From Deferribacterales bacterium (GTDB taxonomy: Bacteria > Chrysiogenota > Deferribacteres > Deferribacterales > Geovibrionaceae): a stretch of 64,000 bases of DNA. A program made the position numbers and the translations under genes. This document shows positions 1 to 10,738 of this stretch, piece by piece. Within the stretch, counting starts at the first letter, position 1. Every line of letters starts with the position of its first letter. The notes under the pieces are model-generated. The model was not told where the DNA came from and ran no database searches. It saw nothing but the letters and a program-made list of their open reading frames with translations. The DNA lies in NCBI GenBank assembly GCA_050251945.1, contig JBFWLW010000004.1, positions 203,821 through 267,820 on the forward strand, in the 5' to 3' direction.

Positions 1-563
1 TTTGAATGTACCGCAACGTTCAGCTTATCCGCATCGCTCTCAAGCCATCTCGGGATATGCTCGCATATGATCTCAAGGCTTTTGTATCCGCCCCTCATCA
101 GGAAGGGCAGAAGTATTTCCCTTGAGTTCAGTTTCGTATAGGTCTTAAGTGTTTCCACAAGATTTATGTGGTATTTTCCGGCGCACTCGCTGCCTTGCAG
201 TACGGGTTCCGGAGCCACAGCCATGGACTCCAGCAGCTCTCTTTCCTCTTCCGAGGCGATGTAGCCGAGAACGTCGTAAACGTTTCCTTCGGAGCGCCAC
301 GTTTTTATGCCGACGCTTTCAAGTATGGCGTTCATAACGCCTGTCATGTCCTCTGCGATGAGGACGGAACAGCCGCCGAACATCCCGACGGTATCTTTAA
401 GTATGGACTGGAGCTGTTCAAGGTCTTCCGCCTCGTTCACATCCATAGAGAGGTCTGCAACCTCTGTCCATTCTTCCTCAATCTGATCATAGAGCCTGAC
501 GCTCCCTTTCTGTTTCAACCCTGTAATGATGTTTTCGGGGTCAACGTATGCCGCAAGACGCAT
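1..563 (-). CDS. anfO: Fe-only nitrogenase accessory protein AnfO (3' end runs off the window)
   Basis: Not in the ORF track. Manual translation from ATG at 563 (RBS GAGGTG) gives MRLAAYVDPENIITGLKQKGSVRLYD...EIICEHIPRWLE, open to the window edge. The N-terminus and C-x-HxPRW motif resemble AnfO, and it lies downstream of anfK. Confidence 0.8.
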   Translation of the reverse strand, partial: MRLAAYVDPENIITGLKQKGSVRLYDQIEEEWTEVADLSMDVNEAEDLEQLQSILKDTVGMFGGCSVLIAEDMTGVMNAILESVGIKTWRSEGNVYDVLGYIASEEERELLESMAVAPEPVLQGSECAGKYHINLVETLKTYTKLNSREILLPFLMRGGYKSLEIICEHIPRWLESDADKLNVAVHS

Positions 564-576
564 GTGTCACCTCGCA

Positions 577-1035
577 TTAAACGCCGTGTTTCTTACCCTT
601 AATGGATTCTATGTCGATGCGTATCACCGCTGTGCCTTTAAGGCTGTTCAGAGGGTACTCGAACTTTTTGTCGGTGAAGAGCGCAACTATCATATCCAGC
701 GCTTTTATTTTTTCCGCCTCGTCCTCAACGAAAACTGCGTTTCCAAGACCGATGACGGTTCTGTGTTTTGCTTCAAAATCGCACGCCTTGTCGCTTTCGA
801 TCACTCCATTGTCAATTGAAACGCTGAAGCAGACGAGGCTGTTCTTTTTCATTATTTCTATCTTCGTTCCTGCCATGGCAGAGTGGAAATATATTGCTGC
901 GCCGTCGTAGGCATAGAAAACAGGAACGGTGAACGGGACGTTGTTGTCCGCAAGGGCAAGGTTCATCACCTGTCCTTTCTTAAGTATCCCGGCTATCTCC
1001 GCCATGTCGGTTATCTCGCGCTGTTTTCTTCTCAT
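577..1035 (-). CDS. Pyridoxamine-5'-phosphate-oxidase-like (NimA/Anf3-like) flavin-binding split-barrel protein
   Basis: MRRKQREI start, IYFHSAMAGTKIE and VCFSV...ACDFEAKHRTVIGLG match the NimA/PNPOx-like family pattern. Start chosen at the second Met. Confidence 0.8.
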   Translation of the reverse strand: MRRKQREITDMAEIAGILKKGQVMNLALADNNVPFTVPVFYAYDGAAIYFHSAMAGTKIEIMKKNSLVCFSVSIDNGVIESDKACDFEAKHRTVIGLGNAVFVEDEAEKIKALDMIVALFTDKKFEYPLNSLKGTAVIRIDIESIKGKKHGV

Positions 1036-1124
1036 AGGTCCGTGGTTGGGGTGCATAACAATTCCTCCGATAATAATTTAAAAGAGCGGCATCCGGTGGT
1101 AAAAGGGATGCCGCAAAGCAAACC

Positions 1125-2516
1125 TTACCACATGGCGAGAATCCACTCTCTGTCTTTTTTATACTCCATGTCGGTGAAAAGTACATTAGCCATCTCTTCC
1201 GCAAGCCAGACAGCGCCGTTGTAACCCACTTTTGGGTGGCGGTAGTAACCTGCTCTGTCGTACACGGGGAAGCCCACTCTTACCATGGGAATATTGTTGT
1301 CCACCGGTATGTAGCGTCCTTTGGAGTGACCGAGGATGAGGTCAATCTCAAGCCCTCTGTTTTTTATTCTGTCTTCAAGTTCCCAGAGGTCGGCATTAGT
1401 TATGACCTCCATGTCAAACTCCGCGTGTTCTTTGATAGCGAGCAGACGCGGGTCTTTGGCATAGTTGGGGTTCTCGTCGCCTATCAGCAGAAGAACGGGT
1501 TTCATGAAGAGGTCGAGGCAGAACTCCGCAAGACCGATGGCAAGATCCGGATGTCCGTATATTGCAACCTTTTTGTCTGCGAAGAACATGTGTGCGAGAT
1601 CCTGAAGCGCGTCGATAGCTTTTCCGCGTTCACGCACCAGCGATTCGGGTATGGGTTTTCCGGTGAGTTTTGAAACGTTCTTAAGGAACGTGTCCGTGTT
1701 TCTGATGCCGATAGGCGTCGGACCTATTATCGTGGGTATCTCAAACTTGTCGCGGAGGTATTCCGCGGCTTTTCCGCCTTCGTATTTGTTCAGCGCGATT
1801 GTGCCGATGGCGTTTGCGGTACCCTGCATATCTTCAATTGTCGTGTTGCCGTGGGAGACAGCGCTCTTGTCGGGCATAAGGGGAGAGTCGAAATTCTCTA
1901 TCTCGAAAAGGACGGTGGCATCCACATCCATCATTTTAAGCAGGTGTTTCAGTTCCTTAACGTCGCCCGGATCGACCCAGCCGGTGATAAGGTTCAGCTT
2001 GCCGTTGCACTCGTCAGTTTTAGCCGCGAAGTGTTTAATAAAGGCTGTGACCGCAGCGTCGTAGCCGGACGTCTGGGAACCTTTGAAACTGGGCGTATGC
2101 ACGGGGATAAGGTGAACTTCCCTGTCGGCATATTTAGTCGCCAGAATAGTCTTTTTAAGTTTTCGCACAACACCCTCAACGTCGTCACCGATGATCTCTG
2201 TTGAACAGGTGGTGATGATGGGTACGACTTTGACGTGGGGGTAGCGCTCGAGAAGAACGTCAACCGCTCCCTCGATACGGTGTACCGCGCCGAGCACCGC
2301 CGCATCTTCGTGAAGTGAAGAGGATGCGATGTCAAAGTTTTCGTTAAGATGCTGTGAGAACAGCAGACGGACAAACATAACACAGCCCTGTCCGCCGTGA
2401 ACTATTGCTGTGCAATCCTCAATGCCTATGCTGGCGTATTGTGCGCCTGCCGGCTGGCAGGTCACCATAGGGTTGATTATACCTACCCTTTCTTTGCTTT
2501 TTATTTCACATGACAT
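1125..2516 (-). CDS. anfK: Fe-only nitrogenase beta subunit
   Basis: P-cluster Cys motifs TCQPAG, GQGCVMFVRL and IITTCSTEIIGDD; C-terminus EWILAMW; 463 aa. Confidence 0.95.
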   Translation of the reverse strand: MSCEIKSKERVGIINPMVTCQPAGAQYASIGIEDCTAIVHGGQGCVMFVRLLFSQHLNENFDIASSSLHEDAAVLGAVHRIEGAVDVLLERYPHVKVVPIITTCSTEIIGDDVEGVVRKLKKTILATKYADREVHLIPVHTPSFKGSQTSGYDAAVTAFIKHFAAKTDECNGKLNLITGWVDPGDVKELKHLLKMMDVDATVLFEIENFDSPLMPDKSAVSHGNTTIEDMQGTANAIGTIALNKYEGGKAAEYLRDKFEIPTIIGPTPIGIRNTDTFLKNVSKLTGKPIPESLVRERGKAIDALQDLAHMFFADKKVAIYGHPDLAIGLAEFCLDLFMKPVLLLIGDENPNYAKDPRLLAIKEHAEFDMEVITNADLWELEDRIKNRGLEIDLILGHSKGRYIPVDNNIPMVRVGFPVYDRAGYYRHPKVGYNGAVWLAEEMANVLFTDMEYKKDREWILAMW

Positions 2517-2538
2517 AATTAGCTCCTATTAGCTGAAA

Positions 2539-2606
2539 AGATCGCTTCGTCACCTTGTTCCTCGCGAAGACGTCTCTGCGAGGAAGTGAAACTGACGAAG
2601 CAGTCT
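2539..2606. repeat. REP-like inverted doublet, copy 1 (anfG-anfK intergenic)
   Basis: AGATCGCTTCGTCACCTTGTTCCTCGCGAAGAC joined directly to GTCTCTGCGAGGAAG...CTGACGAAGCAGTCT; same unit pair as six other loci. Confidence 0.85.
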
Positions 2607-2613
2607 GATCTTA

Positions 2614-2958
2614 TTAATACAGTTTCACCGTGAGTTCTTCGTTGAGCGAGCCGTGGATAGTAACGTAGTCAATACGCTCTTTCAGCCCGTCCATCATAAC
2701 GGCGATGTCCTCTTTGCCCATTTCGTTCACCCACGGAAACTTGGTCTTAAAACCGTCCGCAAGGAACTTGGCGTCCACCCAGTAGCATTTCAGTTCGGGT
2801 GTGCTGAGATCCGGCTGTTCGCCCAGAAGCATCGTTTTTGTTATCCCGAGTATGCCGTTGTTCTGGTTTTCCCTGTCCCATGCTCTTGAGTGGAACTGCC
2901 AGAGGCACCTTTGCATGATATAGTTTTCAAGAATTGCGATTCTTTCTTTCATTTCCAT
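2614..2958 (-). CDS. anfG: Fe-only nitrogenase delta subunit
   Basis: YIMQRCLWQFHSRAWDRENQN and CYWVDA motifs; ends SLNEELTVKLY; ATG at 2958 with RBS GAGGAG; lies between D and K. Confidence 0.95.
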   Translation of the reverse strand: MEMKERIAILENYIMQRCLWQFHSRAWDRENQNNGILGITKTMLLGEQPDLSTPELKCYWVDAKFLADGFKTKFPWVNEMGKEDIAVMMDGLKERIDYVTIHGSLNEELTVKLY

Positions 2959-2968
2959 GTTGTTCTCC

Positions 2969-5401
<2,433 letters not shown>

Positions 5402-5451
5402 TTACCGATTTGTAATTTGTTACCGGTATTATGTTTTACGGAAGATATAAA

Positions 5452-5467
5452 AGCAGTATGTGTGCCA
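5452..5467 (-). promoter_or_regulatory. sigma54 -24/-12 promoter of the anf operon
   Basis: Minus strand reads TGGCAC-ACATA-CTGCT, with GG-N10-GC spacing, about 70 nt upstream of anfH. Confidence 0.8.
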
Positions 5468-5550
5468 CATAACGTACACAAATTAGGAGCTTTTTGGTGT
5501 GAAATAACGCTTTAGACTTGCATGTCAATGAGTTGAAAAATTGCAGAAAT

Positions 5551-5566
5551 TGTAATGTTTGTTACA
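5551..5566. promoter_or_regulatory. Upstream activator site 1 (TGT-N10-ACA)
   Basis: TGTAATGTTTGTTACA, palindromic TGTAA/TTACA, about 85-100 bp upstream of the sigma54 site. Confidence 0.6.
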
Positions 5567-5633
5567 AATCAGACGGGTATCGAAGTGTTTTATCGTAAGG
5601 TTTATTCCGTTTTGGTACATTCTCTGTTTTTTC

Positions 5634-5649
5634 TGTACATAAATGTACA
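5634..5649. promoter_or_regulatory. Upstream activator site 2 (fits TGT-N10-ACA, GTAC-N6-GTAC and TAC-N6-GTA)
   Basis: TGTACATAAATGTACA fits the published NifA-, VnfA- and AnfA-type motifs at the same time. Confidence 0.65.
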
Positions 5650-5699
5650 AAATCAAACTTAGGTCATATATCATGAATAATGCCGCATATCAAAGACTG

Positions 5700-5812
5700 A
5701 GACTGCTTCACCCTTATGGGGTTCGCAGAGACTTGACCTTTGCCCCGTCTTCGCGAGGAGCGGAGCGACGCGGCGATCTCTTTTTAAACCTCCCTTTAGT
5801 TAAAGGAGGGGG
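5700..5812. repeat. REP-like doublet, copy 2 (reverse orientation), plus an extra hairpin CCTCCCTTTAGTTAAAGGAGG
   Basis: AGACTGCTTC...TTCGCAGAGAC (5700-5732) and CGTCTTCGCGAGGAGCGGAGCGACGCGGCGATCTC (5746-5780); hairpin at 5789-5812. Confidence 0.85.
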
Positions 5813-5840
5813 TAAGACGGCATGACATGTGAAAAATGCT

Positions 5841-6527
5841 CTAGCGGAGAAGTGCCTCCACCAGAGGCGCCGCAAGTACGTTCACCGCGCCCACAAGTAC
5901 CATAGTGAGACCGGATATGGCACCCACCTCGCTGTCGATCTGGTGCGCTTTCGCGGTTCCGACGGCGTGCGCGCCCATGCCGAAAAGACTGCCTTTGGCT
6001 ATGGTTGACCGCAATGGGAGGGATTTGAGCAGTATTTCGCCTATGGTTGCGCCGAACAGTCCTGTTATTATCACAAACACGGCGGTAAGCCCGGGGACAC
6101 CGCCTATTTCACCTGAAACTATCAGCGCGAAAGGGGTGCTGAGGGAACGGGGCAGAAGACTGATACGGAGCTGGTCGCTGAGTCCGAACATGTCTGCGAG
6201 GAACCAGCTTGAAAGCATGGCGGTCACACTGCCCACCAGTACGCCGCCCATGAGTATGAGCCAGTGTTTCCTTATCAGTTCACGCTGTTCGTATATTGGA
6301 ATGGCAAACGCAACCGTTGCGGGAGCGAGCATAGCGAGCATCCAGTGGGTACTGCTGATGTATTCCCTGTATGGTACCCTGAAAACCAGCACCACGATTA
6401 TGAGCAGGATGGGCGCTGTCATAAGCGGCGATGACCACCACGCATGAAAACGTCGGTTGACCAGTTTTCCCGCATGATAAAGCGCAATGGTGAGCGCCGA
6501 CCAGAATATTATGTGAACGATGTACAT
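5841..6527 (-). CDS. lrgB: LrgB/CidB family membrane protein
   Basis: LAPATVAFAIPIYEQRELI, LLPRSLSTPFA and GMGAHAVGTAKA motifs; multiple transmembrane segments. Confidence 0.9.
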   Translation of the reverse strand: MYIVHIIFWSALTIALYHAGKLVNRRFHAWWSSPLMTAPILLIIVVLVFRVPYREYISSTHWMLAMLAPATVAFAIPIYEQRELIRKHWLILMGGVLVGSVTAMLSSWFLADMFGLSDQLRISLLPRSLSTPFALIVSGEIGGVPGLTAVFVIITGLFGATIGEILLKSLPLRSTIAKGSLFGMGAHAVGTAKAHQIDSEVGAISGLTMVLVGAVNVLAAPLVEALLR

Positions 6528-6538
6528 ATATGTTCTCC

Positions 6539-6940
6539 TTAACCCTGCCCGCGTGCCAGATACCGGTAGACCATGTCCACAAACAGAGCCGTTACCGCCA
6601 TCACTATTGCAGTGCTTAGCAGTATCACAGCAATAATCTTAAATCCCAGAGTGCCGAAAAGCTCAGGATGGTCAAGCACCACGGGAACAGCCGGAACGAA
6701 GAACAGGAGCATTTCGCCAAGAAACCATTTTGCGCCCAGTCGCACGCTGTGGACGCTAATCTGTTTTGTGACGAGAAGCGCCACGACAATAAACAGACCT
6801 ATGATACTTCCCGGAACGCTGATGCCCGTCGCTTTTGCGGCGGCAGTGCCCATGAGCCAGAAGAGCATTATTATGCCTATCTGGGTGAGCATATTTGTGC
6901 GGCAGTGCCTGCGAAGCACTATTGAACCTGTTCTGAACAT
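6539..6940 (-). CDS. lrgA: CidA/LrgA family holin-like protein
   Basis: VPGSIIGL and EMLLFFVPA motifs; adjacent to lrgB. Alternative start at 6892. Confidence 0.88.
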   Translation of the reverse strand: MFRTGSIVLRRHCRTNMLTQIGIIMLFWLMGTAAAKATGISVPGSIIGLFIVVALLVTKQISVHSVRLGAKWFLGEMLLFFVPAVPVVLDHPELFGTLGFKIIAVILLSTAIVMAVTALFVDMVYRYLARGQG

Positions 6941-6993
6941 CTTTTTTCCCTCTGTCCTTTTGAATATCCTTGAAATATAGTCCTTGAAGATGT

Positions 6994-7008
6994 ATTCGTA
7001 AAATGAAT
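6994..7008. promoter_or_regulatory. LysR-type operator ATTC-N7-GAAT (T-N11-A)
   Basis: ATTCGTAAAATGAAT lies between the divergent lrgA and lysR genes. Confidence 0.5.
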
Positions 7009-7043
7009 TATAAGAATATAATTAAGTCATAAAAGGAATAGTT

Positions 7044-7925
7044 ATGGAGCTTAGAAATATCAGGGCGTTTGTGGAGGTTGTCAGACAGGGCGGATTTTCA
7101 AACGCCGCAAAAAAAGTCTTTGCAACTCAGTCAACCGTGAGCAAGGCTGTGAAACAGCTTGAGGACGAGCTTGGCGTTCTGCTTCTGGACAGGATAGGAC
7201 ACAGCTTTAAGCTGACGCAGGCAGGGGAGGTTGTGTTCAGACGCGGATGCACCATGCTTGATCAGGGCATTGAGATGCAGTCGGAGCTTGAGGAACTGAG
7301 CGGCATGAAGCGCGGCACACTGCGCATGGGTTTTCCGCTTCTGGGGAGCAACACACTTTTCGCGGATATTTTTGCAGTGTTCCGTCAGAAGTACCCTCAT
7401 ATCGAGATACAGATGGTTGAACAGGGCGGAAAAAGACTGGAAGAGATGCTCCTTGCGGGCGAGCTTGATCTTGCCGCGTCGCTTCTGCCTGTGGACAGTG
7501 CCGAACTGGACTGGCAGGAGGTTAGGAGCGAGCCTATGGATCTGCTTGTTGCGGACGATCACCCGCTGGCGGACAGTAAAAAGGTCGGTTTTGCAGACAT
7601 GAAAGAGTTTCCGTTCATACTGTACGCTCAGGGGTTCGCACTCAACCCCATGATACTGGAAGCCTGCAGAAGTAAGGGGTTTTCTCCTGCGATAGCGGCG
7701 CAGTCCAGCCAGATCGAGTTTATCATAGGTCTTGTGGCGGCGAAGCTTGGAATCGCTCTTCTGCCAAGAATGATAGCTGTTCAGCATCCGCACCCGAAGA
7801 CCGTGCTTATCCCCGTGGACAATCCTTCCGTTTTCTGGCGCATGGCTCTGATGTGGAGGAAAGGTGCTTATCTGCCGCCTGCCGCCCGTGCATGGCTTGA
7901 GCTTACGAAAACTCACTGGGGATAA
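7044..7925 (+). CDS. LysR-family regulator (CidR-like)
   Basis: N-terminal HTH FSNAAKKVFATQSTVSKAVKQLEDELG; 293 aa; divergent from lrgAB. Confidence 0.92.
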   Translation: MELRNIRAFVEVVRQGGFSNAAKKVFATQSTVSKAVKQLEDELGVLLLDRIGHSFKLTQAGEVVFRRGCTMLDQGIEMQSELEELSGMKRGTLRMGFPLLGSNTLFADIFAVFRQKYPHIEIQMVEQGGKRLEEMLLAGELDLAASLLPVDSAELDWQEVRSEPMDLLVADDHPLADSKKVGFADMKEFPFILYAQGFALNPMILEACRSKGFSPAIAAQSSQIEFIIGLVAAKLGIALLPRMIAVQHPHPKTVLIPVDNPSVFWRMALMWRKGAYLPPAARAWLELTKTHWG

Positions 7926-8328
7926 GTGTCACTGTCGTATTCCGGTTCCTATTAAGTAATGCAGAATTGGTTATATCTATAGATAAAATATGACTATAAA
8001 AATATATTTTATATTTGGAAGTGCAAAAAATATATTGCATAACCTATTAATACATTACGCTCATATGTTAATAATGCCTACCATTAATAGTTGCGGACAA
8101 ACATTAAATCTTTTCACATGCGTTATACCGGCATCCGTGATTCTCTGGTTTTCGGGTATGAGCAATAGGAAAACACAATATAAATTCTTGACAAATGGTT
8201 GAAATAAATATAACTAAAAATGAAGATAGTTCTTTAATATAAGTAATTCTGAGCATATGCTTTTTTAGTTTAAAAGCGTAACAATTTATTTGTTTTTTTA
8301 TTGGTAATCCACTTTTCAGAGGACTTTT

Positions 8329-9768
8329 ATGTCTAACTTATTGTCTGTTGACCCCGTCAGCCGTATTGAGGGACACATGAGTGTCAGCACGGCTGTTGAA
8401 GGAGGAAGGGTCTCAAAGGTTCGTATTGCCGGAAATATGTACCGCGGGCTTGAAAGACTCCTTTTGAACCGCCATCCTGTGGATTCGGCGCGCATTGCCC
8501 AAAGGGTCTGCGGAGTCTGCCACGAGGTGCACGGCATCTCCTCCATCACTGCATTGGAGCAGATATACAGAGTTGTGCCTCCCCACAACGGGCAGGTTCT
8601 GAGGGATATGATACTCGGACTGCACATCGTTACCGATCACCTTCTCCACTTTTACAATCTCTGTTCCCCCGACTACATAGACTACTCAGCCGCCGCCGGA
8701 TATTCCGGAAGGGATGCCGAAATGAAGAATATATCCGATTGGATAAGTTCTTCCGGCACAAAGTTTGTCATCAACAAGACCCCCGGCGACTACATAAAGG
8801 ACAAAGGAACCGCGAGGCGCTTTGCCCTGCATTATTTTCAGGCGCTTAAAATACGCGCGGAGGCGGCTTCCGGTCTGGCGCTCATCGGCGGAAAGGTTCC
8901 CTTTATCCACGCGCTTTTGCCGGGCGGGATCACAACGGAGATAACTCCCGACACGCTCATGAGATACTACCGAGTTCTTACGGAAACGACGGATTTTGTG
9001 AACAACGCGCTCATCCCCGACGTTATGGAACTTGCGGAGCGTTATCCTGAGTATTTCAAAATCGGCGGCGCATACGATACATTTTACGCGCACGACTCCC
9101 TTAAATATAAGAAAGGATACCTTTTCGCATCCGGTGTCATGATCGGCGGCGAAAAGCGTACTTTTGACTATAAGATGGTGAAGGAGCTTCTGAATTCTTC
9201 CTATTACAATCCCGACGGCAGCCCTAACGAATCCGCAAAGGGCGCATACAGCTGGATAAAGTCACCGCGCTATAACGGGTATCCCCTTGAAACTGGTCCC
9301 ATCGCCCGCGCGGCGTTGTCGAACGATGCAGGTTTCAGACAGCTTATCGCCAGATACGGTCAGAAATCCATCCGTTCATCGGTTATGACGAGACTTCTCG
9401 CCCGCGCATACGAATCGCGCAGAATATGCAACTATCTGTTTGAGCGTTCAGAGGATTTTGTTATAGGCAAACCCACCATAGCCCACGTTGACCTTCAGAA
9501 GAAGCTGACGGGTGAGGGCATCGGTTTTTCACTTGCCGCCCGCGGCGCGCTCATTCACCACATAAAGGCGTATGACGGAAGGGTCACAGATTATAAAATG
9601 ATAGTGCCGTCCACATGGAACTTCGGTCCCACGGCGGCAGGAAAGCACGGTGTTGCGGAGAAGGCGGTTCTTGGAACCCCTGTGCGTTTCGGCGGCGACA
9701 GCGGCTCAATAGAGGTCGGCAGGGTCATAAGAAGTTTTGACCCCTGCACGGCGTGTTCAGTTCATTGA
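8329..9768 (+). CDS. [NiFe]-hydrogenase large subunit, group 1a (HysA)-like, no C-terminal extension
   Basis: SRIEGH, RGLE, L1 motif QRVCGVCHEVH, ARGAL, PSTWN, and L2 motif FDPCTACSVH followed immediately by TGA. Confidence 0.93.
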   Translation: MSNLLSVDPVSRIEGHMSVSTAVEGGRVSKVRIAGNMYRGLERLLLNRHPVDSARIAQRVCGVCHEVHGISSITALEQIYRVVPPHNGQVLRDMILGLHIVTDHLLHFYNLCSPDYIDYSAAAGYSGRDAEMKNISDWISSSGTKFVINKTPGDYIKDKGTARRFALHYFQALKIRAEAASGLALIGGKVPFIHALLPGGITTEITPDTLMRYYRVLTETTDFVNNALIPDVMELAERYPEYFKIGGAYDTFYAHDSLKYKKGYLFASGVMIGGEKRTFDYKMVKELLNSSYYNPDGSPNESAKGAYSWIKSPRYNGYPLETGPIARAALSNDAGFRQLIARYGQKSIRSSVMTRLLARAYESRRICNYLFERSEDFVIGKPTIAHVDLQKKLTGEGIGFSLAARGALIHHIKAYDGRVTDYKMIVPSTWNFGPTAAGKHGVAEKAVLGTPVRFGGDSGSIEVGRVIRSFDPCTACSVH

Positions 9769-9778
9769 GGTGCGAAAG

Positions 9779-10738
9779 ATGCTGAGCAGAAGAGATTTCA
9801 TCAAAAGATGCAGAGATATATCGGTAGCGGTCATCGGAGCGGAAGTTTTTGCTGCGGATATAGCCGAAGGCTTTATGAGGATAGCGGCTTCAAAACGCCC
9901 TCAGATAGTTTTCGTTCAGGGGCAGAGCTGTACGGGCTGTTCCGTCTCCATGACATACGGCAACGAATCGGATTTTATAGATTTTGTGACGAGGCTTGTG
10001 AGGGTGCAGGTGCATCCGAACCTGTCGTTCAGTCAGGGACACGGCTACATACAGCAGCTTGAAGAGGTTACATCCGCAGGCGGTCACATTCTTGTGCTTG
10101 AGGGGAGCATCCCTCAGCGCATGAAAAAGGCATGCCTTCTGGGTGAAAAACCGCTTTATGATGCGCTTAAAAAACACATTCAGAAAGCTTATGCCGTTGT
10201 TGCCTGCGGAACCTGCGCGGTTTCCGGAGGGATACCCGCATCCGGCAGAAACGAGACCGGAGCCATAGACATCGAACAGTATATGCGCCAGTGCGGCATA
10301 AGCAAGCCGCTGATAAAGATTCCCGGCTGTCCGGCACACCCCGACAGGCTCATGGGAACGGTGGCATACATTCTGGGCAGCGGCAAGATGCCTCCCATGA
10401 AGGACGGCGTACCACAGCAGTATTTCGGAAACCTCATCCACAACAACTGCGGGCGATTTCAGTATTTTTCACAGGATATCTACCTTAAAGATTTTGAGAC
10501 CGATAAACACTCCTGTCTTCTGAAAAAAGGATGCAGAGGCACCATAACAAAATCCGACTGCCCCACTAGGCGCTGGAACGGAGGCGTCAGCGTCTGCGTT
10601 GAAAGCAACGCCCCCTGTGTCGGCTGTACGCATAACGGATGGCCTTTCAAAGAGAATATCTATTACGAATCGCGGAACATAGAAGACCTTCCGTGGACAG
10701 ACTTCAAAAAGAACGTGCTGGGGATGGGTAAGAAATGA
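9779..10738 (+). CDS. [NiFe]-hydrogenase small subunit with Tat signal peptide
   Basis: ATG at 9779 after RBS GAGGTG; MLSRRDFIK twin-arginine motif; CTGCS, GTC, PGCP, HNNC, CLLKKGC and [23 protein letters not shown] cluster motifs; no C-terminal TM helix. Confidence 0.93.
   Translation: MLSRRDFIKRCRDISVAVIGAEVFAADIAEGFMRIAASKRPQIVFVQGQSCTGCSVSMTYGNESDFIDFVTRLVRVQVHPNLSFSQGHGYIQQLEEVTSAGGHILVLEGSIPQRMKKACLLGEKPLYDALKKHIQKAYAVVACGTCAVSGGIPASGRNETGAIDIEQYMRQCGISKPLIKIPGCPAHPDRLMGTVAYILGSGKMPPMKDGVPQQYFGNLIHNNCGRFQYFSQDIYLKDFETDKHSCLLKKGCRGTITKSDCPTRRWNGGVSVCVESNAPCVGCTHNGWPFKENIYYESRNIEDLPWTDFKKNVLGMGKK

Noticed and set aside
8022-8039. NtrC-like box TGCA-N10-TGCA upstream of the hydrogenase
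   Set aside because: Spacing is one base off the NtrC consensus, it sits in very AT-rich DNA, and no sigma54 site accompanies it.
9766-9768. Selenocysteine read-through of the hydrogenase TGA (NiFeSe enzyme)
   Set aside because: The Sec position in NiFeSe enzymes is the first Cys of DPxxxC, which is TGC here. The TGA follows the terminal His and overlaps the next RBS.
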